The position numbers and the translations under genes are program-made. Under the pieces are notes generated by a model. It saw nothing but the letters and a program-made list of their open reading frames with translations. It ran no database searches and was not told where the DNA came from. Shown in pieces: positions 9,616 through 19,060 of a stretch of 50,545 nucleotides of DNA. The stretch's first letter is position 1. Each line of letters opens with the position of its first letter. The stretch is from Candidatus Sumerlaeota bacterium (lineage in GTDB: Bacteria > Sumerlaeota > Sumerlaeia > SLMS01). The stretch covers positions 1 to 50,545 of the forward strand of contig SLMS01000111.1 in assembly GCA_007133495.1 (NCBI GenBank). The letters run 5' to 3'.

Positions 9616-10437
9616 ATGATCGAAGAAGGAATCGACCCAAACACAGTCCTCCGCGCCGAAGGACTCGCCAAGGAGTACGGCAAGGCCCGCGTCGTCAACG
9701 GTGTGGACCTTGAACTCAACACCAACGAGGTCGTCGGGCTGCTCGGCCCCAATGGCGCCGGGAAGACCACCTCCTTCAAGATGCTCGTCGGGTTCACCGC
9801 CCCCACCGAGGGGCGCGTCTTCTTCAATGACCGCGAGATCACCCGCATGCCGATCCACCACCGGGCGCGCCTGGGGATCAGCTACCTGCCCCAGGAGACC
9901 AGCGTCTTCCGGAAGATGACCGTCCGCGAAAACCTCATGGCGGTGCTCCAAGCCCGCGGCATGAGCAAGGCGGAAATCCGGCCAAGGGCCAACCAGCTCA
10001 TCGAAGAACTCGGTATCGGGTACATCCAGCACCGCATGGCGGAGAAGCTCTCCGGCGGCGAAAAGCGCAGGGTGGAGATCGCCCGAGCCCTGATGACCCG
10101 CCCCACGTTCATCTTCCTCGACGAGCCCTTCACGGGCATCGACCCCCCCACCGTCGAGGACATCCAGAACATCATCCGATCGCTGCGTGACCGCGGGCTC
10201 GGCATCCTCATTACCGACCACAACGTCCGTGAAACGCTCGGCATCACCGACCGCAGCTACATGATGTACAACGGCGACGTGCTGGTCTCGGGCGCCGTGG
10301 AGGACATCCTCAAGAACGAGCAGATCAAGGAGAAGTACCTGACGCAGAGCATCATCGCCGACCTGGCCAAGCGCGGTACCGAGGTCCTCACCGCCGCGGG
10401 CCAGCGGGGCCACGACGAACCCGGCCAGCAGGAGTGA
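9616..10437 (+). CDS. lptB: LPS export ABC transporter ATP-binding protein
   Basis: VVGLLGPNGAGKTTSF, RARLGISYLPQETSVFRKMTV, LSGGEKRRVEIARAL, LDEPFTGIDP and GILITDHNVRETL are characteristic of LptB. Start moved to ATG 9616. Confidence 0.9.
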   Translation: MIEEGIDPNTVLRAEGLAKEYGKARVVNGVDLELNTNEVVGLLGPNGAGKTTSFKMLVGFTAPTEGRVFFNDREITRMPIHHRARLGISYLPQETSVFRKMTVRENLMAVLQARGMSKAEIRPRANQLIEELGIGYIQHRMAEKLSGGEKRRVEIARALMTRPTFIFLDEPFTGIDPPTVEDIQNIIRSLRDRGLGILITDHNVRETLGITDRSYMMYNGDVLVSGAVEDILKNEQIKEKYLTQSIIADLAKRGTEVLTAAGQRGHDEPGQQE

Positions 10438-10479
10438 CCGGCACGGCGCCGCACGCCTCTGCAAGCAAATGACATAAGA

Positions 10480-10514
10480 ACCGCCCCCGGAGAGTGACCT
10501 CGTCCGGGGGCGGT
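10480..10514. terminator. Probable bidirectional terminator hairpin between convergent genes
   Basis: ACCGCCCCCGGA (10480-10491) pairs perfectly with TCCGGGGGCGGT (10503-10514); short T/A flanks. Confidence 0.7.
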
Positions 10515-10553
10515 CTGATTAAGCGGGGCGCTTGCGGGCAGAAGACCCGCCGG

Positions 10554-12209
10554 TTACCTGATCGGTCCTCGCGTGATGGTCCGCCTGCCGGGGATGGTTC
10601 CGGGGCGGTCGGTCAGTGCGTTCAGCAGGTTCTGCGCGTCGCGCAGGCGGGAGTTCAGGTCCATGCCGGACATCGGCCCGAGCGAGGGGTCCAGCCGCAG
10701 AGCGGTCTGATAGTGGTCCACCGCGCGGCGGGCGAGGGTGATGGCCTGCTGGCGTTCGCTGATGCCGAAGGTGGCGCGCCGGCGTTCGTCATGCAGCCGG
10801 TCGAGGTGGCGGAGCGCCTCGGTGTAGTACTGCATGCCGCGCTCGGCGATCTCGCGGGCCCGCTCGCGGGTCTCGGCCGCCTGCCGACGTGCCTCGATGT
10901 CGGCCCGTTGGTAGAGTTCTTCCGCCTCTTCGAGCAGTTCGTCAAAGCGGGTGTGCTCCTCGCGGAACCTCTGGGCGATGTCGCGCGCGATCAGGAACTC
11001 ACCACGGCGATAGGCTCGATCGGCACGGGCGAGCTCGGACTCGGCCTCCTCGCGCAACACCGAGAGGGCGATCTCGTTTTCCGAGTCGTAGCGCAGCACG
11101 AGTTCGATCTCCCGGTTGGCCATTCGGGTGAGTCCCTCCTCGCGAAGCTGTTGAGCCAGAAGTGCGCGCCCGTCCCAGTCCTCCTCGCCCAGTTGAGCCT
11201 TGTCCCGCTCGTACCGCAGAGCCACCAGCGGCCCGGTATCTTCGCTGGGGAAGAGCTGGAGCAGTTCCTCGTAGCGCTCGATGGCGCGCTCCCACTGGCG
11301 CCGCTCGGTCAGTTGGCCGATCAACTCGCGGTAGGAGGTGCGGAGCATCCGGTCGTAGCCCCGTCCGGCAAAGCGTGGAACTCCGTGGACGCGGCGCAGC
11401 GGCTCGATCGCCTCCTCGTAGCGCTCGGCCTCGTAGAGCAGTTCGCCGGCGACGCGGTTGTTCTCCAGGTTCGCCGGGTCTTCCTCCAGCTTGGTCATGT
11501 AGGCTTCGAGGACCTCGGGCTTCTTCTCGGGATCGTTGCGCCAGATGCGCAGGAGCCTGTCGCGGGCCTCCTGGTTGTCCGGGTCCATTTCGAGGACGCG
11601 GAGGTATTTCTCCTCGGCCGTGCGGTAGTCGAGCCGGTCATAACGCGAGAAGCCCCAGGCAAGGTACAGGTCGCGCATTAGCCGCTGTGCGGAGGCCTGT
11701 TGGTCCTCGGTGGCCCCGGACGCCAGGATCCGGTCGAGCACCTCTTCGGCGCGGTCGAAGCGCTGCTCCTCGATCATTTCGGGAATCTGTTCGAGTTCCC
11801 GGCTGATCTGTTCCCTCATCTGGCGGGAGCGCTCCTCTTGCTGCTGTTCGATGATGCTCCGCGCCTCTTCGAGTCCCTCGCGGGCCTCCTCGTGGTCCGG
11901 GTCGGCCTCGACGGCCTGCTGGAACATTCGGAGCGCGGAGGTGTAGTTGCGCGCGCGCAGGTGCTGCCGGCCGATGCGGGTCCAGTCAGTCGCGTCGTCC
12001 TCCTCGATGATCTCGGCCACGCGGGCCATGGGGAGTTCGATGCGCCCGCTGCTGCTGATGAACGCGATGCGCTCATCGCTGCCGACAACGGGCTCGACGC
12101 GGCCCTCAAGGCGCGTTCCGTCCCGCAGGACAACGATATCGGGCAGCGCGAGTGCCGGAACGAGCAGCAGCACCACCACGCTCAGGGAAAGATGAATTGG
12201 ACTTCTCAT
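10554..12209 (-). CDS. Secreted tetratricopeptide-repeat protein
   Basis: Sec signal (..LLLVPALA), N-terminal 'DIVVLRDGTRLEGRV' beta module and several TPR-like repeats (ALRMFQQAVEADPDHEEA, YLRVLEMDPDNQEA, YEELLQLFP, YQTALRLDP). Confidence 0.85.
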   Translation of the reverse strand: MRSPIHLSLSVVVLLLVPALALPDIVVLRDGTRLEGRVEPVVGSDERIAFISSSGRIELPMARVAEIIEEDDATDWTRIGRQHLRARNYTSALRMFQQAVEADPDHEEAREGLEEARSIIEQQQEERSRQMREQISRELEQIPEMIEEQRFDRAEEVLDRILASGATEDQQASAQRLMRDLYLAWGFSRYDRLDYRTAEEKYLRVLEMDPDNQEARDRLLRIWRNDPEKKPEVLEAYMTKLEEDPANLENNRVAGELLYEAERYEEAIEPLRRVHGVPRFAGRGYDRMLRTSYRELIGQLTERRQWERAIERYEELLQLFPSEDTGPLVALRYERDKAQLGEEDWDGRALLAQQLREEGLTRMANREIELVLRYDSENEIALSVLREEAESELARADRAYRRGEFLIARDIAQRFREEHTRFDELLEEAEELYQRADIEARRQAAETRERAREIAERGMQYYTEALRHLDRLHDERRRATFGISERQQAITLARRAVDHYQTALRLDPSLGPMSGMDLNSRLRDAQNLLNALTDRPGTIPGRRTITRGPIR

Positions 12210-12484
12210 GTTCCTGGCTCCTCGTCACGGCTTTGTTTTCGGACCGCCTTTACCGTGTGCATGGTCGTCCCAGCCGGTCTGATGGTCAAGTGAAGCATCC
12301 CCTTCTTGCGTGCAAAAAGGGAAGCTCTTCAGGTGGACAGGAAGCAAGAAAGGCTCCATAATACCGGGAAGCAGCGCTCCACAGTCTCCGGTTGCACGGC
12401 GGCGCCCCATGCGTTTGCTGAGGGCCGTGTGGCCCGCAGGCTTCCCCCCACCGGTGTCACCCACATCCCCGGAGTGAGGAAGGG

Positions 12485-15400
12485 ATGACAAAGGCCATTG
12501 TCCACTTGGCCGCAGGGGCTGCGCTCCTTGCGGCAGCCACCGTGCCTGCTGCGCCGCTGGTCATCAACGAGTTCGTCGCCTCCAACCACGGCGGACACAC
12601 GGACTTCCAGGGGGATACCCCCGACTGGATCGAGCTGCACAACGCCGGCACGGAACCGGTGGCTCTGGAAGGCTGGGGGCTGTCCGACGACGCGGACAAC
12701 CCGCGCCGGTGGGTCTTCGAGCAGGGAATCGTCGAGCCCGGCGGCTTCCTTGTCGTCTTCGCCTCGGGGAAAGACCGGCAGGACGCCTTCGAACCGCATA
12801 CGAACTTCGCCATCAGTTCGGCCGGCGAGCCGCTTCTACTTACCGGCCCGGACGGGCATCTGGTGGACTTCGTGCCGGAGACGCCCCTGCCGGTAAACGT
12901 CTCCTTCGGCCGCAAACCCGACGCCGGCCAGGATTGGCTCTACTTCAAGGAGCCCACCCCCGGCGCGCCGAATACCTCCGCCGGTCACGTGGAAGTCCTC
13001 GAACCTCCCTCCTTCTCCCACGAGGGTGGCTTCCGTACCGAACCGTTCGAGCTGACCCTGGAGACGGACCACCCAGGCGCACAGATCATCTATACGCTGG
13101 ACGGGTCTGAGCCCACCCCGGACAAGATCGGCGGTTTCACCTATCACTACAAGCAACAGTACGCCGAGTTTCCGGGCGATCCGCTGGGGGAGTTGCTCGA
13201 ACGCACCATCGAGTCGCACTACTACGACGGAAAAAGCATTCCCATCGCCGATCGGAGCGATGAGCCGGACCGGATCGCCGGGGTCAACACGACGCTGCAC
13301 CGCGACACGTCAAGTTTCGAACCCCTCGGCCCGTCCTTCAAGGGTACGGTTGTCCGGGCACGCACGGTGCGCGAGGACGCGATACCGAGCAGGACTGTCA
13401 CGCATACCTATTTTGTGACACCTGATGGGCGGGACCGCTACGGCCTGCCCGTGGTGTCGCTCGCCATCCAGGAGGACCATCTTTTCGATTACGAGAACGG
13501 TATCTACGTGGCAGGAGTGGATTACGACGACTGGCGTATCGAGAACCCCGATGGCCAGTTCACTCCCGGGCCGGGTCCTGACAAGACGGCCACGGAAGAA
13601 CCGTCCCAGGGCTTCATCGGAAATTTCACACGCCGCGGCAGGGAGTGGGAGTACCCCGTTCATCTCGAATATTACGAGGCCGGTGCCCGGGCTGATCTGC
13701 GGCAGAATCTCGGCTTCCGTATTCACGGGGGCGGCACCCGTGCGGTCGCGATGAAGAGCTTCCGGCTTTACGCACGCAACGCCTACGACGATACAAATGT
13801 GCTCGACTACCCCTTCTTCGACTACCCCGGTTTCGTGGACAGCGCCGAGGGCAGGCCGATCAAGGAATTCCGCCGCATGATCCTCCGCAATTCAGGTCAG
13901 GACTATTTCCGCACCATGCTCGGCGATGGGTTCCTGCAGCGGATTCTCCGGCCTCTCGGGCTCGATTACCAGGAGTACTCCCCCGCCGTGGTCTTCGTAA
14001 ACGGCGAATTCTTCGGCATCATGAATTTCCGCGAGCGTATAGACCAGCACTACCTTGCAGCGCGCCACCTTGTTGACCCGGACGATGTGGCCATCCTCAC
14101 CCGAAACGCCGAAATCAGACACGGAGACGAGCGTCACCGGGAGGATTTTCTCGCCCTCCGCGAGTTCATCACCAACGAAGACATCGCCGGCCCTGACGCC
14201 TACGCCCATGTTGAAAGTGAGATGGATACCGGAAATTTCATCCGGTACAAGGCGGCGCAGATATACACCAGAAATCTGGACTGGCCGGGAAGAAACATAG
14301 ACTACTGGAGGAAGGCCACTCCCGACCTCAGCGAAGGCGCTCCCCCCGCCCATGACGGCCGCTGGCGGTGGATCGTGTTCGACCTTGATATCGCCATGGT
14401 GCCCGTCTTCGATCAGGACGCCTCCCACGACACACTCACCGCCGCAACGCTCGACCACAACGAACCGTGGCCAAACCCCGATTGGTCGAAGGTGAAGCTC
14501 CGCCGCCTGCTGGAGAACGAAACCTTCAGGCACGCGTTTATTAATGAGCTGGCAGACCAAAAGAACTCAATCTTCCGCCCGGCCCATTACGAACCCATCC
14601 TCGACCGCATGCACGAGCGTATAGACCCACACCTCGACGAACACCGCACCCGCTGGAGCGACAGCGCCAGGTTCTCCATTGATGACTTCAAGGAATTCGG
14701 CGAAGAGCGCCCCGCCTGGATTCGCCAGCATACGATCAACTATTTCGACCTTCCGGGCACCGCCACCATCACGCTCGACACGCCGAATCCCCGCAGGGGC
14801 ACCATCCGCATCAACAGCCTCAACATCGCCCCCCACCTCGAAGGACTGGAGGTCCCGCTCAAGCCGTTCCCCTGGACCGGCACCTACTTCCAGTCGGTCC
14901 CTGTCGAAATCGAGGCGATCCCGAAAGCCGGCTTCCGGTTCTCGCACTGGGATGGCGATCTGGGGGGTGAAGGACCCCTGGCAGTTCTCGCCCCTCTGGA
15001 GGAACTCCGCGCCACGGCCATCTTCGTGCCCGACGAGGGGTATCCCTGGGACACGGTTCTCCCCCAGCCGCACCGCCTCAGCGAGGTACACTATCGTTTC
15101 GATGCCTGGCCCGCCGGCGCCCCAGCCGGCACCTTCCCGCCAAACATCGTCTTCCGCCAGACGCCCGTGGGAGACCCGCTGCTCGCGGACGAACCGGATG
15201 GGCTTTGGGGGCATCCCTACGCTTTGGACAACCGCAGCCGGGTCATCGGGTTGAATGGCCTCGGCGCCGGTTTCATCAACACCTCCAACCCGCAGGAGGA
15301 CGGAGGGGGGTACGTGACGGGCGCGGAGCTGGCCCTGGACACGCGGGATTTGCTTTCCGCGCAGGTCGCCTTCACCGCCCGGACCGTCCTGCCGAACGAG

Positions 15401-15697
15401 CGAACCTACGCCCTGCGTCTCCAGTACCGGATCGGCCCGGAGGGGAGGTTCCACGACCTCCTCGACAGTCACGACAAGCCTGTCGAGTACATCCGCCACC
15501 CAACCCCGGGGCATGAGGAGCGCATCGGCCCCGTTGCGTTGCCGCGCGAGACCATCGGCCAGGAGTATGTTTCACTTCGATGGAAGTATTACTTCATCGA
15601 AACCGGCGCATCCGGCCCGCGGGCAATGCTGGCCATGGACGATGTCAGCGTGGAAGGAGAAGTCGTGGCCGATATGCCCTTCTGGGTGTTCAGATAG
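12485..15697 (+). CDS. Secreted CotH-family kinase, paralogue 1 (signal peptide, lamin tail domain, Fn3-associated domain, CotH, beta-rich C-terminal domains)
   Basis: Lamin-tail motif LVINEFVASN..DWIELHN; IYTLDGSEP; CotH motifs RIHGG..R..KSFRLY, LRNSGQD, NLDWPGRN, WRWIVFDLD; strong SD GAGGAAGG; ends MPFWVFR. Confidence 0.9.
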   Translation: MTKAIVHLAAGAALLAAATVPAAPLVINEFVASNHGGHTDFQGDTPDWIELHNAGTEPVALEGWGLSDDADNPRRWVFEQGIVEPGGFLVVFASGKDRQDAFEPHTNFAISSAGEPLLLTGPDGHLVDFVPETPLPVNVSFGRKPDAGQDWLYFKEPTPGAPNTSAGHVEVLEPPSFSHEGGFRTEPFELTLETDHPGAQIIYTLDGSEPTPDKIGGFTYHYKQQYAEFPGDPLGELLERTIESHYYDGKSIPIADRSDEPDRIAGVNTTLHRDTSSFEPLGPSFKGTVVRARTVREDAIPSRTVTHTYFVTPDGRDRYGLPVVSLAIQEDHLFDYENGIYVAGVDYDDWRIENPDGQFTPGPGPDKTATEEPSQGFIGNFTRRGREWEYPVHLEYYEAGARADLRQNLGFRIHGGGTRAVAMKSFRLYARNAYDDTNVLDYPFFDYPGFVDSAEGRPIKEFRRMILRNSGQDYFRTMLGDGFLQRILRPLGLDYQEYSPAVVFVNGEFFGIMNFRERIDQHYLAARHLVDPDDVAILTRNAEIRHGDERHREDFLALREFITNEDIAGPDAYAHVESEMDTGNFIRYKAAQIYTRNLDWPGRNIDYWRKATPDLSEGAPPAHDGRWRWIVFDLDIAMVPVFDQDASHDTLTAATLDHNEPWPNPDWSKVKLRRLLENETFRHAFINELADQKNSIFRPAHYEPILDRMHERIDPHLDEHRTRWSDSARFSIDDFKEFGEERPAWIRQHTINYFDLPGTATITLDTPNPRRGTIRINSLNIAPHLEGLEVPLKPFPWTGTYFQSVPVEIEAIPKAGFRFSHWDGDLGGEGPLAVLAPLEELRATAIFVPDEGYPWDTVLPQPHRLSEVHYRFDAWPAGAPAGTFPPNIVFRQTPVGDPLLADEPDGLWGHPYALDNRSRVIGLNGLGAGFINTSNPQEDGGGYVTGAELALDTRDLLSAQVAFTARTVLPNERTYALRLQYRIGPEGRFHDLLDSHDKPVEYIRHPTPGHEERIGPVALPRETIGQEYVSLRWKYYFIETGASGPRAMLAMDDVSVEGEVVADMPFWVFR

Positions 15698-15793
15698 CCA
15701 AACCCCGAGTTGCGACTTGCCTTCGCACCCGGCCGGCGGTTGACTCCCACCACCATTCCGAACCCGTTGGAGTACAGTCTTCCCCGTACCCAA

Positions 15794-18700
15794 ATGATCT
15801 TCAAAACATCCGACTCCCGCCACCATCCCGGGACTGCATGGCTGCTGCGATGCGCCGGGGCCCTTGCCTTTTCCTGGGCGATGACACAGGCACCGGCCGC
15901 ACCACTTGTTATTAACGAGTTCGTCGCCTCCAACCATGGCGGGCACATGGACGACCTTGGCGAAACCCCGGACTGGATCGAACTGTACAATCCCGGCACG
16001 GAGCCGGTGGACCTGGAAGGCTGGGGGCTTTCCGACGACGAGGACAACCCGCGCCGGTGGGTCTTCGAGCAGGGAACGGTTGAGCCGGGTGAGTTCTTCG
16101 TGGTCTTCGCCTCCGGGGAAGACCGCCAGGACGAAATCTCGCCGCATACGAACTTCGCCATCAGCTCCGCGGGCGAGCCCCTCATTCTGACCGGCCCGGA
16201 CGGGAACGTGGTGGACTTTGTGCCCGAAATCCCCGTCCCCACCAACATCTCCCGGGGGCGCAAGCCTGACGGCGGGGAGGACTGGTTCTACTTCGGCGAG
16301 CCCACCCCCGGAGCGCCGAACACAACAACGGCCTATTCGGAAATACTCGACCCGCCCACCTTCTCGCACGAGGGTGGCTTCTATACGGAGCCGTTCGGGC
16401 TGACCATCGAGGCGCCGGACCCGGACGCGGCGATCGTCTATACGCTTGACGGGTCGATCCCGGCAGTGGAAAACATCGGCGGCACTTCCTACTACTACAA
16501 GCCTGAATATCAGGAGCGGCCTCCCGACCCGCCGGGGGAGCTTTCCACACGCACAATTGAGTCCATGGAGCACGCGGGCGAGGGCATCCCAATCGTGGAC
16601 CGCTCCCCCGAACCCGACAGCCTCTCCGGCATCAACACCACCTGGCGGCGCGATGCCAGCCACTACGCACCCATCGAGGCGTCTTTCAAGGGCACTCCCG
16701 TCCGGGCCATTGCGGTGCGTGAGGGGGCACTGCCCAGCGAGGTCACCACACATACCTATTTTGTAACCGAACAGGGCCGCAGCCGCTATTCCCTTCCTGT
16801 AATTGCCCTGTCCATACAGGAGAACCACCTTTTCGATTACGAAGACGGTATTTATGTGCCGGGAATCCTTTTCGACCAATGGCGCGATTCAAATCCCGAC
16901 AGGTTCCCCACACACTCCACCTCCAGCAATTACAGGCGCCGTGGCAGGCAGTGGGAATTCCCCGCCTGGTTCGAATACTTTGAGGATGAGCCCCACGCCG
17001 CGGTCCGCCAGGGGTTGGGTGCACGCATCCACGGCGGCGGATCACGATACTTCGCACTGAAGAGCTTTCGTTTATATGCACGAAACGCCTACGACGACAA
17101 GAATACCCTCGACTATCCGCTCATTCCCGGGCTGACGGACCAGGCCGAGGGGCGGCCGATCACTGAGTTCCGGCGCTTTCTGCTCCGCAACTCCGGCAAC
17201 GATTATCCCCAGACAATGCTGCGCGACGCGTTTCTGCAAGAAATCGTCAAGCCGCTCGGGTTCGATCAACAGGGCTACAATCCCACCATTGTTTTCCTGA
17301 ACGGGGAGTTCTGGGGGATACTTAACATCCGCGAACGCATCGACCGCCATTACCTTGCGCGCCAGCACCTCATCGACCCCGAGGAGGTGGGCCTGCTTTC
17401 CAACAATGCGCAAGTCCAGGACGGTTCCTTTCAGAACCGGTGGGACTTTCTCGATCTGCGCGCTTACATTGCCCAGAATGACATGGACGACCCGGAGCAT
17501 TTCGACCACGTCGCCGAACAAATGGACATCGAAAACTTCATCCAGTACAACGCCCTCCAGATCATCATAAACAATATAGACTGGCCGGGCAACAACATTG
17601 ACTTCTGGCGCAAGCAGACTCCGGACCGGAGCAAGGGCGCTCCCGAAAGCCACGATGGCAGGTGGCGCTGGATCGTGTACGATCTCGACCTCGCTTTTCA
17701 CCAGACCGGAAGCCAGGGCCAGTATGATGTGGACTACGATATGTTGAGTCACGCCACCAAGCGCGGTGGCGTCGAATGGCCCAACCCCGACTGGTCCACC
17801 ACCATGCTGCGTAACCTGCTCGAAAGCGAGGAGTTCCGGAACGGTTTCATCAACGCCCTGGCCGACCAGATGAACTCCATCTTCCGGCCCGAAAACCTCG
17901 AACCTGTTCTGGACAGAATGCACGCACGCATCGCTCCGCATCTCGATGAACACCGCGCCCGGTGGCGCAACAGCGCTCAATGGACCACCCAGCACATGAA
18001 GGACTGGGGCCATGAGCGCCCGGGATATGTACGCCAGCACGTTCTCGATTTTTTCGATTTGCCGGGAACTGCTGAAGTCACACTCGACACCTCCACGCCC
18101 CGCCGCGGAGCCATCCGTATCAATAATCTGACTATTGAACCGCACCTCGAAGGACTTGCCGACCCCGGTCAGTCTTTTCCATGGACGGGAGTCTATTTTC
18201 AGACGGTTCCGATAGGCATTGAGGCTGTCCCCAAAGCGGGCTTTGCGTTCTCCCAGTGGGAGGGGGACCTTGCCGGCAGTCCGCGCGAAGTCACTGTCGA
18301 AACACCGGAGGAGTTATCCGCCACGGCCGTCTTCGTCCCCGATCAGGACTACCCCTGGAAGGGCATCCTCCCCGAGGCGCACGCGCTTGCAGCGGGTCCG
18401 TATATCTCCGGCCCTTGGCCGCGCAACGCTGACCCGGGAACCTACCCGCCGAACATGGTTTTCCGCCAGATTCCGGTGGGCGACCCGCTCCTTGCGGACG
18501 AACCGGATGAACTCTGGACTCACCCCTACGATCTCGAAAGCCGCAGCCGCGTTACAGGTCTATACGAACTTGGCTTTGCCTTTATCAACACGTCAAACCC
18601 CCAGGATGACGGCGGTGGGTACGTAACCGGAGCAGAATTGGCGATCGACACGCAAGGGGCCACGTCAGCCTTTGTCCGCTTCACTGCTGGAACTCTGCGC

Positions 18701-19003
18701 CCGAACTCTCGTCAGTACGCCCTGCGGCTGCAGTACCGCCTCGGTCCCGAAGGCCAGTTCCGAGACGTGCTGGATGCCGGCGGCGATCCCATCGAGTACG
18801 TCCGCAACGAAGAGCAAGGGCACGAACAGGAATTCGGCCCCATCGCTCTTCCTCAAGACGCCATGGACCAGCCCTACGTGACTCTGCGCTGGAAGTACTA
18901 CTATATCGAGACCGGCATTACCGGCCCACGGGCGAAGCTCTCCCTGCGCGACATTGAGGCTGAGGCAATCCCGGAGAACGCGCCAACCTGGGTCTGGCGC
19001 TGA
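15794..19003 (+). CDS. Secreted CotH-family kinase, paralogue 2
   Basis: Colinear with paralogue 1; NIDWPGNN and WRWIVYDLD; ends APTWVWR. Start moved to ATG 15794, which gives a plausible signal peptide ending APA|APLVINE. Confidence 0.9.
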   Translation: MIFKTSDSRHHPGTAWLLRCAGALAFSWAMTQAPAAPLVINEFVASNHGGHMDDLGETPDWIELYNPGTEPVDLEGWGLSDDEDNPRRWVFEQGTVEPGEFFVVFASGEDRQDEISPHTNFAISSAGEPLILTGPDGNVVDFVPEIPVPTNISRGRKPDGGEDWFYFGEPTPGAPNTTTAYSEILDPPTFSHEGGFYTEPFGLTIEAPDPDAAIVYTLDGSIPAVENIGGTSYYYKPEYQERPPDPPGELSTRTIESMEHAGEGIPIVDRSPEPDSLSGINTTWRRDASHYAPIEASFKGTPVRAIAVREGALPSEVTTHTYFVTEQGRSRYSLPVIALSIQENHLFDYEDGIYVPGILFDQWRDSNPDRFPTHSTSSNYRRRGRQWEFPAWFEYFEDEPHAAVRQGLGARIHGGGSRYFALKSFRLYARNAYDDKNTLDYPLIPGLTDQAEGRPITEFRRFLLRNSGNDYPQTMLRDAFLQEIVKPLGFDQQGYNPTIVFLNGEFWGILNIRERIDRHYLARQHLIDPEEVGLLSNNAQVQDGSFQNRWDFLDLRAYIAQNDMDDPEHFDHVAEQMDIENFIQYNALQIIINNIDWPGNNIDFWRKQTPDRSKGAPESHDGRWRWIVYDLDLAFHQTGSQGQYDVDYDMLSHATKRGGVEWPNPDWSTTMLRNLLESEEFRNGFINALADQMNSIFRPENLEPVLDRMHARIAPHLDEHRARWRNSAQWTTQHMKDWGHERPGYVRQHVLDFFDLPGTAEVTLDTSTPRRGAIRINNLTIEPHLEGLADPGQSFPWTGVYFQTVPIGIEAVPKAGFAFSQWEGDLAGSPREVTVETPEELSATAVFVPDQDYPWKGILPEAHALAAGPYISGPWPRNADPGTYPPNMVFRQIPVGDPLLADEPDELWTHPYDLESRSRVTGLYELGFAFINTSNPQDDGGGYVTGAELAIDTQGATSAFVRFTAGTLRPNSRQYALRLQYRLGPEGQFRDVLDAGGDPIEYVRNEEQGHEQEFGPIALPQDAMDQPYVTLRWKYYYIETGITGPRAKLSLRDIEAEAIPENAPTWVWR

Positions 19004-19060
19004 ATCCTGGCTCGTTGAGCCAACTCCTTTATCCATGAAGGGCGGATTTCAAGAGACAGC

